DNA of 64,000 bases from Hyaloraphidium curvatum SAG 235-1 (GCA_025558095.1 JAIVFI010000040.1:412667-476666); one strand, 5' to 3'. Positions 1 to 11,388 are shown, counted from the first letter of the stretch. Program-made: numbers and translations. The notes: generated by a model from the sequence alone, not told the origin.

Positions 1-562
1 CGCCGAATCGCGGCACAAAAGCTGGCGCGTATGCCTCTTGGTCTCTCTCTGCTGCGGAAACCTGAGCAGGAAGATTAGTCCCGCACGGCCTCTCCCCTCC
101 CATAAGCTTTGCCGGGGAGCTGAACGTCTTCTCCGGCGGAGGAGCCGGTTCGGTTTTCGAACTTGTCGCGCAAAGAGACCCTGAGAAGAGCGGGGTGTTT
201 TGGCGGGGGCTGGTGAGCCGAGTAGTAGGGGCCGCATCGGAGACCGTGGGGCCCAGAACCGGGCTGACGGCCGGCGGTCCGATCCCGCCGCGGCAGACGA
301 TCGGGTCCTGGGGGGCGGCGACAGGAGCCGGAGGTCGAGCCAACGGGCATGAACGGGTCGTGCCGAGCCATCCGATCCTCTGGCTGTCCTGTGGTGTCTA
401 AGATCGGCAGAGGCTCAGTTGCGGGCGGGCGGGATCTAGGTCAGGGTCCACGAATCATCATCGCCGCTGGTCCCTCCCCAACCCCGATCTTCACGAACCG
501 GTTCTCGCGGCGGGACGAGGACCTCAGCGCTCACCGAGGTCGCAAGGTCAATCGTCGCCCCG

Positions 563-1777
563 ATGTGCCGCCTGCTTGCGTTCCAGTCGGTCGAGCCCGT
601 GCCGCTCGCCGACCTCCTTCTCCGCCCGTCCAACTCGCTGCGGCAACAGGCCTCGGACGCGGTCTGCTTCACGCCTTGGCTGCCCCCCAACCCCGCGCGC
701 AACCGCGCCGTCAACCCCGACGGGCACGGCTTCGGGTACTACGCCGGGGGCGCACCACCCACCGTGTACCGCTCGCCGCTGCCGGCGTGGACGGACCCCG
801 GCCTGGAACCGGCAGTGGGTGACGCTTCCACGGCCATGTTGTTGGCGCACGTGCGGGCTGCGTCGCCGGGGCTGCCCAAGTTCGCCCCCGACTGCTGCCA
901 GCCCTTCCGTTTCGGCCGCATGCTCTTCACAGAGAACGGAGGCATCGGCGGCTTCAAACCCGGCGGCGAGCTTCAGGCGGCGCTGCAGAAGGAGATGGAC
1001 CCCGACGTGCTCGCCTGGCTGGGTAACTCGGTCAGCGACACCGCGCACGTGTTCGCGATCTTTCTCACCGTGCTCCGGAGGCGCGGCGGGCGACCCGGCG
1101 AGGCCTGCAACCCCCCCGCGCTGCTCGCCGCGGCCCTGCGGGAGGCCGTACGCTGGATCGGGCTGATTCAGCTTGCCTCGGACCTGCCCCGCGAAAAGCT
1201 GGCGAGCAGCTTCAACCTGTGCCTCGCGGACGGCGCCTGCATCTTGGCCACACGGGGCAGATGCGCGTTCGGCCCCGAGGGATTCGAGCTGCAGGAGGCG
1301 CCGTCGCTGTACTTTGCGCACGGGACGAGGGTCTGGTTCGACGAGGGGGCAGGGGACCTGAGGCTGAAGCACGACGGGGGCCGCGCCAAGGTCGCCGTGG
1401 TGTCGTCGGAGCCGCTCGTCATGGGCGACGTCGAGGGGTTCAGCGACTGGGGTTTCGAGGTCGTCGATGACAACTCAATGGTCATTGTGGAGCGCAGGAC
1501 GTACAGGGACGGGTCGGACTACCTCCACGTGCAGCGGAGCGAGCTCTTCCTTCCCCTGCAGGTCGAAGGCCTTGGAGGATTGCCCTTGGACCTCCTCGGC
1601 GTTCGCCGCTACCTATCTTGCGCGGAGTTTTGCGCGCTCTGCGAAGCGTCTTTCGAATCCCTCCTCGCTGCAGCCATCCACCGCACATTAGGACACACGG
1701 ACGACCTCCATTTCTTTGGCGAGCAGGCGGATCTGCGGCCTCCGGGACTGCTGCAATGCGTTGCCGGCGAAGGATGA
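563..1777 (+). CDS. Class II (Ntn) glutamine amidotransferase, DUG3/EgtC/YafJ-like
   Basis: Begins Met-Cys (MCRLLAF); motifs NPDGHGFGYY, LAHVRAAS, CQPF, ENGGI, SDT, VSSEPL. Confidence 0.85.
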   Translation: MCRLLAFQSVEPVPLADLLLRPSNSLRQQASDAVCFTPWLPPNPARNRAVNPDGHGFGYYAGGAPPTVYRSPLPAWTDPGLEPAVGDASTAMLLAHVRAASPGLPKFAPDCCQPFRFGRMLFTENGGIGGFKPGGELQAALQKEMDPDVLAWLGNSVSDTAHVFAIFLTVLRRRGGRPGEACNPPALLAAALREAVRWIGLIQLASDLPREKLASSFNLCLADGACILATRGRCAFGPEGFELQEAPSLYFAHGTRVWFDEGAGDLRLKHDGGRAKVAVVSSEPLVMGDVEGFSDWGFEVVDDNSMVIVERRTYRDGSDYLHVQRSELFLPLQVEGLGGLPLDLLGVRRYLSCAEFCALCEASFESLLAAAIHRTLGHTDDLHFFGEQADLRPPGLLQCVAGEG

Positions 1778-2215
1778 ACATGGCACCCCTGGAGACGTGC
1801 GAAAAGCGCTCCACGCAAGCATCAGGCTGGAGCCCCTCCAATCTAAGAATCCTGCTATCATACTGCTTTGGAGAGTAGCGTGCTGGCTGCACGCGGCCCC
1901 TATGCACGGCAAGTGAAAAAGGCGGAGGGAGCGAACCGCACCGCCACTGCTGCGAGAGGCACCCCGGGTATATGGAATTAGTTTTCAGGCCGGGACCGGA
2001 CAGCCCAATTGTCAATTGCGAGAATATACTGCTGCTCATTCCTGCTGGATGGATGAGATCCGCGTTTGGTGTGAGTCGGTGGCGAGGCTTGCCGACGCGA
2101 CAAACCTCTCCCCGAAGCGTCGACCTCGGAAGCGCAACGACGACGGCCGGGAACCGGGATCCGCTGCTTTGTCCGCAGCCACAGAACTTGAGCGGGTCGC
2201 CGTCCGAGATTGGAC

Positions 2216-3251
2216 ATGAACTTCGCCGGGAAGCTCGCCGCCATCTCCGGCGGGGGCGCCGGCATGGGCCGCGAGCTCGTGCTGCGGCTGGCCAAGGCCG
2301 GCTCGCGCGTGGCATTCTGCGATTTTCTGCCCAAAAATATCGGAGAGACGCTGGAGATTGTCGGGAAGGAGGTGCCCGGGGCGAAAGTTACGGGCCACCG
2401 GGCCGACGTGACGAAGGAGGAGGACTGGAAACGATTTCGGAAGGAAACACTGGAGCAACATGATTCGGAGCACGTGAGATGGGCCGCCGAGGACGACAAG
2501 CGGCTCCCTGACAAACTGCGTGACCCTCTCTGCTCCTTGGGACCTCTCGGCCCCCAACCGACCCTCCGAACCGCTCTCGTTCGACTAGCTGGACCTCCTA
2601 TTCAACAATGCGGGCATCGGGATCCCCACCAGCATGGTCACCACACCGCGGGACCAGTTCGACAAGGTCTTCGACGTGTGCTACAACGGCGTCTACCTGG
2701 GCTGCCGGACCTTCATGGGCGACCTCGTGAAGTCGCCCGAGGCACGGATCGTCAACACCGCGTCGGCAAACGCGTTCCATGCCGTGCTGGGGATCCCGCC
2801 GGGGTGGCCGCACGTGTCCTGTGGGTTTCGTCCGGCGCGGACTTCGATCCACCCCTGATCGTCAGTTTTCTCAGACTCTGCCGCCAAATTTGCCGTCCGC
2901 GGACTCACGGAGGCCCTAGTCGTGGACCTTCGGACGAACGCGCCCAATGTCAAGGCGCACCTCGTGATGCCCGGCCACATCGGTACCAAGATCGGCTCGC
3001 ACACCTCCCAAGTCATGGGGGGCGACAAGGTGCCGGACGAACTGATGGACGGGTTTGTGAACAAAGCGGCCACGTCGCCGAAACAGGCCGCGGAAATCAT
3101 CCTGAAGGGGGTTAAGGAGGGGAGGTGGAGGATCCTGGTGGGGCCGGACGCAGAGTTCATCGACGCCAAGGTGCGCGCGGATCCGGAGCGGGCGTACGAG
3201 CCAGAGTTCATGGCCGAGATTGCGGCGGCGGGGATGGAGGTCAAAGTCTGA
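2216..3251 (+). CDS. Short-chain dehydrogenase/reductase, 2 introns (2474-2588, 2821-2874)
   Basis: SGGGAGMG Rossmann motif; splicing restores LLFNNAG and the catalytic YSAAK across the second intron. Confidence 0.9.
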
Positions 3252-3869
3252 CGGCGAGGCTATGGGCTGTATTCGGCGCCGGCTTCAGACGGGACCTTGT
3301 AGATCTCTTGGATCTCGCGTTCTCTCCGGATCACCTATAGAACATCTATTGAATCTCCCCGCTCCGACGCAACCGCATAACATCGCATTCCAAGCGGCAG
3401 TCGGGAGGACGCAAACCCGCCCGCCGCCGACCGCCCGAGAGCCACACAGATGACTCGCATTCCGCGCTCTGGTCGCATGCTGCGCCAGATAGCTGTCCGC
3501 GACTCCATGACTCCTGCCTAGCTCAGCGTGATTGGCTGCCAGCTTTAGAGGACGGTGTCCGATTACCATTCCGGGAGGACTGGTCACAAAGAGTAGCGGA
3601 CCCTACGACGCCGCAAGTTTACGCCTTCCGAGGCGGTGGAACGCCGGTTGCTTCAAGCTCCTTCAGAAGTCGCACGAGGAGGAAAGCATTATGCCGACAC
3701 ACCAGGAGTGCCTCGACGCCAAACCTTTTGGGGCGCGGACGGCCTTGACTCATCACCGGCATCGGCCAGTCGGAGGTTCGTTCTAGGCCCGCCGAGTCAG
3801 CCTCGAATTGTGCCGCCGTCCAGAAGAGAAAGAGAAAACGGCCCCTCCATCAGTGCCCTTACTGGAGCT

Positions 3870-5032
3870 ATGCGGCTTCTCCTCGTTTTGACCCTGCTGG
3901 CAGGCTCTGTGGCTCGTGGCCCGCCGGTGGCGTCGGCGCCGACAACGAGGTGGGGGGCGAAGTGCACGCAACGCAGCGAAAGCTGACCGACCTCGGTGCC
4001 CGTGCGCGGTGCGCTCCTCTGTACATCCTCAGCGTGGAGAGCCTGCGTGCCGCCCCCGCGAATCCGGTTGCTCACGCAGGCTCGGCGCCCGGGGCGGGCG
4101 GCCGCTTGCCGAGGCGAGCGGGGGACGATGACTCGGATTCGGCTCGGGGAGCGAGCACTGGTTTCGGCCGAGGCGCGGCGGGCGGCATCGTATTCCGGCG
4201 CTCGTGCGAGGAATGCCAGGGCTACTGCGAGTACGCGTACCCAGGCGCGCCGCCCGACCACGTCGCGTGCACGGACGACGGAGGCAGCATGCATATCCTA
4301 TACGAGCGCTACGGAGGCGTGGGTTTGCCGCTTGCACCGGCCCCGGCAGTTAAGGAGATTCTAACGGTGATGCCAAGGCCGACGTCACAGCCGACCCTTG
4401 CTCCGCTTCGCCTTGCAGAAACGGCGGCACATGCAGTGCTACAGGCGAGGCAACCTTCAATTGCGCGTGCACGGAAAGTTTCACGGGCCCCAGTGGGTGC
4501 GGCTGTCAGAAGCATGGCTCGTTTGCTGATCCCGAGGACCTCAGCGTGCGAGAGCATAGTCAACTTCTGTCTGGTGGGCAAGTGCCAGAACGGAGCGTCA
4601 TGCACCTTCCTCCCGCTCACGTCGCCATATTTCTTCTGGTACGGTGGAGCCCAGGTCCTCTGTGACTTGCACATCTCAGCATGTAGCGTAACTGCACCCT
4701 CCGATCCACGATTCTACGGACGCTCAGCACTTGCTCTCCGGGCTTCAACGTTACGACCTGTCAGAACGCGTACTTCAAATGCTCGGCGAGCGGCTCCGAG
4801 GCGGACCCAGACAAGTGCTACAAATACTTTGTTTGCAGTGGTGCGGGTGGGTCCTTCACCCAAAAGAGCTGCCCCAAGCTGGGCACAGACCAGGTGGGCC
4901 GCCGCGCTCCCACAACGGTGCGGCGTTAATGCTCCCGATCCACTTCGTCAGTACTTTTTTGACCTAGTCACGAGACAGTGCAAAAGCTCCAAGAAGAACC
5001 CAACTGTGTTTCCCGGCTGTTCCTTGACCTAG
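3870..5032 (+). CDS. Secreted protein: signal peptide, 2 EGF-like domains and a C-terminal chitin-binding type-2 (CBM14/peritrophin-A-like) domain; about 5 introns
   Basis: MRLLLVLTLLAGSVA signal; exons 4391-4492, 4545-4638, 4728-4893, 4952-5032 splice in frame to DPCSASPCRNGGTCSATGEATFNCACTESFTGPTCE / FCLVGKCQNGASC...YFFCTCSPGFNVTTCQ / FKCSASGSEADPDKCYKYFVC...SCP...YFFDLVTRQC...C. Confidence 0.8.
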
Positions 5033-5339
5033 GCCCCACTGCGGATTGCTGTAAAGAAACTACCTTCGTCCGCTTCGTCTCGAAAACCAGGTTGGGGATA
5101 AGGACCATCTCATAGAACCTAGATCGAGCTATTGTGAGGCAGAGCTTTGACTAAATGTCAGTGTGTTTGTGGCGTTTGCGGAGCAACATCTTGCCAATGC
5201 AATGTGCGCCCCGTGGCGGCACGGATGCGCCGCGGCTTCTGACGCCATCAGACCATGATGTAGATGATGCGTTTCGGTCCCGTGCTGCCCTGAAGGACAT
5301 GAAACCCTGGAAAATTCCGATCTTGTAGACGATCTTGCG

Positions 5340-5407
5340 AAGCCGAGTTCATGGCGCCGATATCGCGGATGCGGGGATGGAGGTCAAGGCCTAACAGCGG
5401 AGGCAAT
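5340..5407 (+). repeat. Degenerate direct copy of the 3' end of the SDR gene (about 3198-3263)
   Basis: gagttcatggc..gatatcgcggatgcggggatggaggtcaaggcctaac matches gagttcatggccgagattgcggcggcggggatggaggtcaaagtctgac. Confidence 0.8.
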
Positions 5408-5614
5408 AGAACGATATCGATCAATTATAATCCCGATTGATTAGTGCATGAGGGATGGCGATGTCCAGGCTCTCGGTGACTCGATGAGGAGGGTGACGTG
5501 GCATCCCTACTCAACCGCGACTCAGCAAACAACCCTGTTTCGCCCACGGCCGCCGTCGCAAACCTCTTCCACGACTCTTTCACGTCACCCGCTACCCGCG
5601 TAGAACCAAGCACA

Positions 5615-6496
5615 ATGTCGGCTCGCCGCACCGACCCCCTCGAAAGCACCACCTCGTCGTCCGGCATCACCGGCGTCCCCACCAGCGGTGCCGGCGTCAC
5701 CTCTTCTTCCATGCCCGGTGCGAGCCTCTGCTCTCCCGCGCTCAGCCTGTCGCTTACCTTTCGGAGCAGCGGCGGGCACCGACAGCCCCATCCGCATGAT
5801 GGAGAGCACCTCCGGCCACCCGACCACCGAGCACGGCATGCCCGGGGTGTCTTCGGGCGCCACGGGCGGGTACGGCAGCATTGCTGGCACCGGGTACTCC
5901 AGTACCGCCGGCACGACCGACTACGGCACTACCGGGGCCGGCACGGGCCTCGCCGGGGACACCAGCCGCGGCTTCTCCGAGAGCGGCGTGGGCTCCGTCC
6001 CCGGATCGACCGGATACGGCTCGCACGGGATCACCGCCGCCGGGGTCACCGGCACGGGCACGGACGCGTACGGCCAGCCGACACCCGTGGCGCACGAGGC
6101 GGCCAAGCCTTCCAAGGTCGGCGGGGCGATGGACAAGATGATGGGGTCGGTCAAGGTGGGGCGTGGCCTGCCCCATGGGCGGAAAACGGCTACTGATGCC
6201 TGTTTGTCTGCAACAGGAAGGGCTCGGGAGTATGACCGGCTCGCACGGCATGCAGGCCGCCGGGCACGAGCAGAAGCTCGAGGGGCAGGCCAGGATCGAC
6301 GCCGCCAAGGTACAGTCCCCTCCTTCCGTCCCCTCCAGCGAGCTGCGCTGACCCCAGATTTCCATAGGCGGAGAAGGAGATCAAGGGCACCCAGAAGGTC
6401 GCCGAGGGCGACATGAAGCAGCACTACGGCACCATGGGCCAGGGGGTCACGGGCACCGCCGAGGAGGCCGTGGGGCACACGCGGAGGATGCACTGA
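5615..6496 (+). CDS. CsbD/LEA-like hydrophilic stress protein with Gly/Thr-rich N-terminal extension, 3 introns
   Basis: KPSKVGGAMDKMMGSVK|EGLGSMTGSHGMQAAGHEQKLEGQARIDAAK|AEKEIKG; introns 5718-5769, 6156-6216, 6310-6367. Confidence 0.75.
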
Positions 6497-6953
6497 TCAG
6501 GCAGAGGGGAGATCTTGAAGCTGCTTCGTTTCCTTTTCTTCGCGCGATGGCGCTGTACATGTCTTGATGCGTCCTGCTGAATAGCTTACGTCGCTTCCAC
6601 CCCCGTTCTGCCTCCCCCTCGTCCAGCCTGTCCTCATCACACCTCATCGCCAGTTCCTCCAACACTTCCTTACGAGCCTCTTCCTTTGGTTCCCGACTCG
6701 CTGGGACTCCGCTCAGAGGGAAGGCAATTCGGGAGTGCGGTGCAACGGGCCTGTCACATGCTGCGGCTTCGGGCTTCGGTCCTCCGGGCTTCGCTTCCTG
6801 TCCGGATTGGTGGTTCGGGCTTGTGGTTCGGGCTTCGCTCCTCGTCCGCATTGGCGGAAACTGGGGGGCGGCGGTGGCTGTGGGGAGGCTTTCGGGTGCG
6901 GTGTCCCAGCGCGAGGGAGACGCAACGCCACGGGGCTTTCCGCCGCAAGTCGA

Positions 6954-6960
6954 TATATAA
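6954..6960 (+). promoter_or_regulatory. Probable TATA box of the short CsbD-like gene
   Basis: TATATAA about 90 nt upstream of ATG 7046 in otherwise GC-rich DNA. Confidence 0.55.
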
Positions 6961-7045
6961 GCTCGCTCTCCGACCTTCCGGCAGTATCACCACCGCTGCG
7001 CAATCAACCATTCGCACGTCTACGCAGCCGCCATACCGCATCGCC

Positions 7046-7466
7046 ATGTCGTCGCACACCACCACCTCCGGCAAGCCTTCCACGGTCGGTGGGACTGTGG
7101 ACAAGATGGTCGGGTCCGTGAAGGTGGGACATTCCTTGCTGCGCGGGGTGGGAGCGGGGTTCTGACGGCCGCTTTCCGTTCGACGTAGGAGACCGTCGGG
7201 AACGCGACCGGCTCGCAGTCCCTGCAGGCCGAGGGCCAGCTGAAGAAGCTCGAGGGGGAGGCCAGGATCCAAGCCGCCAAGGTGCCGCGCCTCCTTCTCC
7301 CCCGACTCGGGCCGCGCTGACAAACGTTCCCGCGCAGGTCCAGAACGAGATCGAGGGCACCAAGAAGGTCGTCGAGGGCGACCTGAAGCAGCGATTCGGC
7401 ACCGCGGGGCAGGGCATCTCGGGCGCCGCCGAGGAGGCCGCGGGGCACATCCAGAGGGGGCACTGA
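7046..7466 (+). CDS. Short CsbD/LEA-like stress protein, tandem paralogue of 5615-6496, 2 introns
   Basis: KPSTVGGTVDKMVGSVK|ETVGNATGSQSLQAEGQLKKLEGEARIQAAK|VQNEIEG; same two intron positions as the paralogue. Confidence 0.8.
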
Positions 7467-7679
7467 GGCGGGAGCGTGGTCTTCAAGCAGTAGCTCTCCT
7501 TTATCATTAGGCGGTGAAAACGCGCGCATCTTACTACAAGTCGATTAACTTAGCGTCGCGTGGTCCGTTTTTCCTCTGTTGTCCTCCCGGTCCCTCCCTG
7601 GCGCTCCTTCTACCCCGCCCGGTAGCTCCCGCCCCAACGAAACTTGCCCGCATCCGGCACGTGAACACCGTGGCCGCCT

Positions 7680-8759
7680 TCAGAGGGCCACGAAGACCGC
7701 GCCGACGGCCGCCACGGCGCCGATCACGCCCGCCGAAACCCTGCCGGCCGAGGCGGGGCGCGAGGTCGTCGTGGGGGCCGCGGTCGTCGGGGCGGCGCTG
7801 CTGGTGGCAGGAGCAGATGTGGTGACAGTAACAAAGGACGTGCGGGTGGTGGGGGCCACCGTGGCGGTCGCGGTGGCGCTGGTAGCCGGGACGTCGACCT
7901 TGGCGCACTCTGGGGCAAGGAGGAAGGAGCACGAGGTCAGAAAAGGCGAACGGGACCGCGCGTAGGCGGGCACCCACTTCCTTCAGCGCTGAAGGTGCCG
8001 ATGGGGATGACGCTGCAGTTGCCGTTCAGGACGATCTGGATGCCGGGGATGGGCGACGCGCAGGCGGTGTCGGTGAAGGCGTCAATCACGCCGGTGCCAT
8101 TGGCGTTGCAGGTTGCCTTGCCCGAGCCGGGGATGCCGATGGCGCTCAGCGAAGTGCAGGAGCCGGCCCTGACCGCGGTGACGCCGAGGGTCTGGCTCAG
8201 GTCCGTGGTGTTGCAGTTGGTGTTGAGGAAGATGCGGCCCTCGGCAAAGTCGCCGACCGTGCCGGGCGGGTAAACGGGGGCAAAGGTTGTCGAGCACGTG
8301 GTGATGTTGGAGGCGGCGCCGTCGACGTTGCACTTTCCGGTCTGCGCGATGACGATGGGGTCCGTGCACGACGGCACGCCCTGCACGGGCACGACGGTGA
8401 TGACCTGAGCCTGGCCTGCAAGTAAACTGGTCAGAACGTGCTTGAAAACACGATGACCCCGTTACGAGCAGCCTTTCTGGCGCAGGCCGCCCGCCGACGA
8501 ATGGGGGACGGGACGCGGGGACGCGCCACCGCTCATAACGCGCGCGGGCAGGGCCACAACGCGACGCCCCGTTGCGGGCTCAATCTCCGTCCTTTTCTCG
8601 GCAGCCTGCCTCCCAAGACGCGTCGCTTTCGTGCTCACCGCTGCAGTTGGCGTTCGGGAATGTGGCGAACGAGAAGTAGAGGAGGTTCTGCGCGGCAGCC
8701 GGGCGCGCGCACGCGGCGACGACGAGGGCGGCAAGGAGAACGAGCGCGGCACGGGACAT
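7680..8759 (-). CDS. Secreted Cys-rich cell-surface protein, probably GPI-anchored; ectodomain paralogue of the receptor kinase
   Basis: Signal MSRAALVLLAALVVAACARPAAA; introns 8416-8638 and 7910-7977; Cys-rich domain, Thr/Ala stalk, terminal hydrophobic SAGRVSAGVIGAVAAVGAVFVAL* with no cytoplasmic tail. Confidence 0.8.
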
Positions 8760-9066
8760 GGCGCGGGAGGGTTCCAAAGGCGCGTGAAAACGGGGGGACG
8801 AAAAACTGATGGGGACGGTGGAGACGTTGCCGCCGTGCCCAACACGCCGTGTGGCCAGACCACACGAACATTCGACGGGGCGCAGCAGGCTCTTTAAAGC
8901 TCAAGGCGAGAGACAAGAAGAAAAGATTCGTTGACTGCAATCCACAAGTCTTTGCGGGTTGGATGGCCCTCACGCCCGCCGACTCCTTGCCCAGGGACAA
9001 GGCGGATCAAGACGACACACACGACCGCCAACACGACGCCGTTCAACTTGCAGCCACGGCATCCGA

Positions 9067-10209
9067 TCAATCCGCCTCGGGCACCCCGAACCTCTCCACC
9101 AGCTCCGGCCAGAACCGCCTCGCCACGCTCGGGTACTGCCTCGTCCTGTTGAGCATCCACCTCTCCGCGTCCCCCGCGAGGTCCTGCCCCGTCCAGCCCG
9201 GCTCGGCGTCCGTCCGCGCGTTCAGAGCGAGGGGGTTGCGCTCGGCGGGCAGGACGGATTCCGGAAGTGGTTCGACGCGGGTTTCGAAGGATGGAGAAAG
9301 GAAGTAAGGGAGGCTGATGCGTCCGCCGCGGACGAGGAGGGTGTTGACGCGGTGGGTGGTAGCCGGGCAGCGCCCTCGACTAAAATGGTCAAATGGAATT
9401 GCTAGGTTGACGGCGACGGTGCCGGGAATGTGAGGCACGTCCGTCCAGTCCCCGCTCCAGTTCTGCACCTGAAGCCCCGGTCCATCCGAGACGACCAGGG
9501 TGATCCAAGAGGCCGCGTCGCGGTGCGGGCCTAGTCCCTGGACAAAGTCCTCGTCCCCCTGCTCGTCCGCCCCGAGTGCCGGATAATGCGACAGCTTGGC
9601 GAAGAGGAACGGCTCGTTCCGCACAAAGTGTTCGTCCATGTAGACCTCCGGCAGCCCCAGCGTCCGCATCATGAGCGCGTTGACGGCGTGGAACGTCGCC
9701 CTGCAAGCGTCCCAGTACCGCTCCATCGCGGGCCTGAAATCGGGCAGCGCCTTCTCGTCCGGCCACACGTTGGGCCCCTGCAGCACCCTCTTCCACAGCG
9801 GCGCCTCGGGGTCCGTGCACGGCGGCCGGTCGAAGCCGGCGTCGAAGTTCTCGCGCCGGTTGGGCCGCCACATGGTGCGCTCCTCGCCGAGGGGCATCCA
9901 CCCGCGGAAGTGCGGCGAGAGGCGGCAATCCACTTTAGCTTTTTCCTCCTCGGGGAGGGAGAAGAAGAAGCGGGCCTGTTGAATGGCCTCGGCGGCGATT
10001 TCCTCTGTGACGGGCGAGCCGGCGACGAGGAAGAACCCGACGTCGAAGAGGGCTCGGTGCATGGTGCGGAGGAGCTCGGGTTCGCGCGGCGTGCCAAGGA
10101 GGGAGAGGTCGGCGATTGGGATAGCCGGTTCCCCGGGGGCAGGGGCGGAGGGGTGCTTGGAAGGGGCAGTGTCTCCCGCGGCTGCGGGGGCGGCGTCGCC
10201 GTCGGGCAT
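9067..10209 (-). CDS. 2-oxoglutarate/Fe(II) dioxygenase (IPNS/DIOX-like)
   Basis: IPIADLS, VGFFLV, QGPNVWP, HYP, GPHRD (HxD), ATTHRV, RISLPYF. Confidence 0.9.
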   Translation of the reverse strand: MPDGDAAPAAAGDTAPSKHPSAPAPGEPAIPIADLSLLGTPREPELLRTMHRALFDVGFFLVAGSPVTEEIAAEAIQQARFFFSLPEEEKAKVDCRLSPHFRGWMPLGEERTMWRPNRRENFDAGFDRPPCTDPEAPLWKRVLQGPNVWPDEKALPDFRPAMERYWDACRATFHAVNALMMRTLGLPEVYMDEHFVRNEPFLFAKLSHYPALGADEQGDEDFVQGLGPHRDAASWITLVVSDGPGLQVQNWSGDWTDVPHIPGTVAVNLAIPFDHFSRGRCPATTHRVNTLLVRGGRISLPYFLSPSFETRVEPLPESVLPAERNPLALNARTDAEPGWTGQDLAGDAERWMLNRTRQYPSVARRFWPELVERFGVPEAD

Positions 10210-10644
10210 CGTGCGCCTTCGTTCCTCGGAGTACACGACGTCGACTCGGTGCTCGGGAGGAGAGGAGGAAGAAAACGGTGTGCCGATGCTGCCCACCCTG
10301 GGCTCAGGGGATTTGGAGGCGAAGATGGCGCAATGGACGCGGGCCGTGCGTGGTTACGGTTGTTTGCGGCGCCTCACCACCGCCAGCGAAAACGAACTTC
10401 GGCAACTTCGTCAGCATGCCGCGCCCGCGCCCTAGGCCCGGGGCCAACCAGTTCATTCCGCCGCCTTCGGGGGACGACGAAAACGACGATTGATGATGCG
10501 CAGGGATCTGATGCGCACGGAGGGAAAAGACGATTCCTGAAAAGCAAGGAGGCGCGCGACCGAGGGAAAAAGAATGTGTCGCATGTAATGGTGCAGAATA
10601 GTCCGCGAATCTCGAGCCCAGCCCAATCTCAATGCCATGGTGGA

Positions 10645-11284
10645 TCACTCCGCGTCTGCAGCCAGCTCCGATGCCACGTTCGTCCTCAGCTTGATGTCGT
10701 TCCGCGGGTAGGCGACGCAGGCCAGCACGTATCCCTCCCTGATCTGATCCTCGTCCAGGAATCCCTGCCCGCCCTGCTTCACGTCCCCGGGCTTGCTGCC
10801 CCCGACCAGCTTGCACGCTGCTCCGCGCGTCAGCACCGAATGCCGGCCCCGTGGCGCGCGGGGCCCACCGCACTGGAGGCATCCCCCGTTCCGGCACCCG
10901 TCGTCGAACGGCAGGTCGATCCCGGCCTCCTGCGCGGCGTCGAGGATCGAGTGGTGCTCCGAGATGGGGATGGTTTGGGCGATGTCCTTTGGCGGGGAGG
11001 GGATCAGGAGCGGCGGGGGCGAAGATGCGTCCGGGGCACCTCGTCCTGGATCAGGGTCACTGAAAGACACATCGGGCGTTCAGCAATCACGATGGGCGCG
11101 GACGGAGGGGCGTCCCACCGCGGTACACCTTCGGCACCCTCCTCGCCGGCTCCGCGTCCTTCACCGCAGTCTCCGGGCCGACAAGGCCGTACGCCGCCGG
11201 CCCCGAGCCCGTGGCTTCGGTGGGCACGGAATCGGCGGGCAGCGCGGGGCGCTCGCGGAGCGTGCGGACGTCGACTTCCTCCAT
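10645..11284 (-). CDS. Plant/cyanobacterial-type [2Fe-2S] ferredoxin with N-terminal extension; 3 introns including a 20-nt microexon
   Basis: Spliced KVYR|VTLIQDE|DIAQTIPISEHHSILDAAQEAGIDLPFDDGCRNGGCLQC|ACKL...QGFLDEDQIREGYVLACVAYP; CX4CX2C...C. Confidence 0.85.
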
Positions 11285-11388
11285 TGGGGGACCGAGCGGG
11301 GATTCGGGAGGGGTGCGGAGAAAGCGGGGCTGACGTCCCGCGCAAACTTCAACTGTCCCTTCTAGTTCCGCTGCGAGGTTCTCCTCCG

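Noticed and set aside
1-560. Short ORFs at the left edge
   Set aside because: No motifs; probably promoter/UTR sequence
9067-11284. Secondary-metabolite cluster around the dioxygenase and ferredoxin
   Set aside because: No PKS, NRPS or terpene synthase in the window; 2OG dioxygenases do not need ferredoxin
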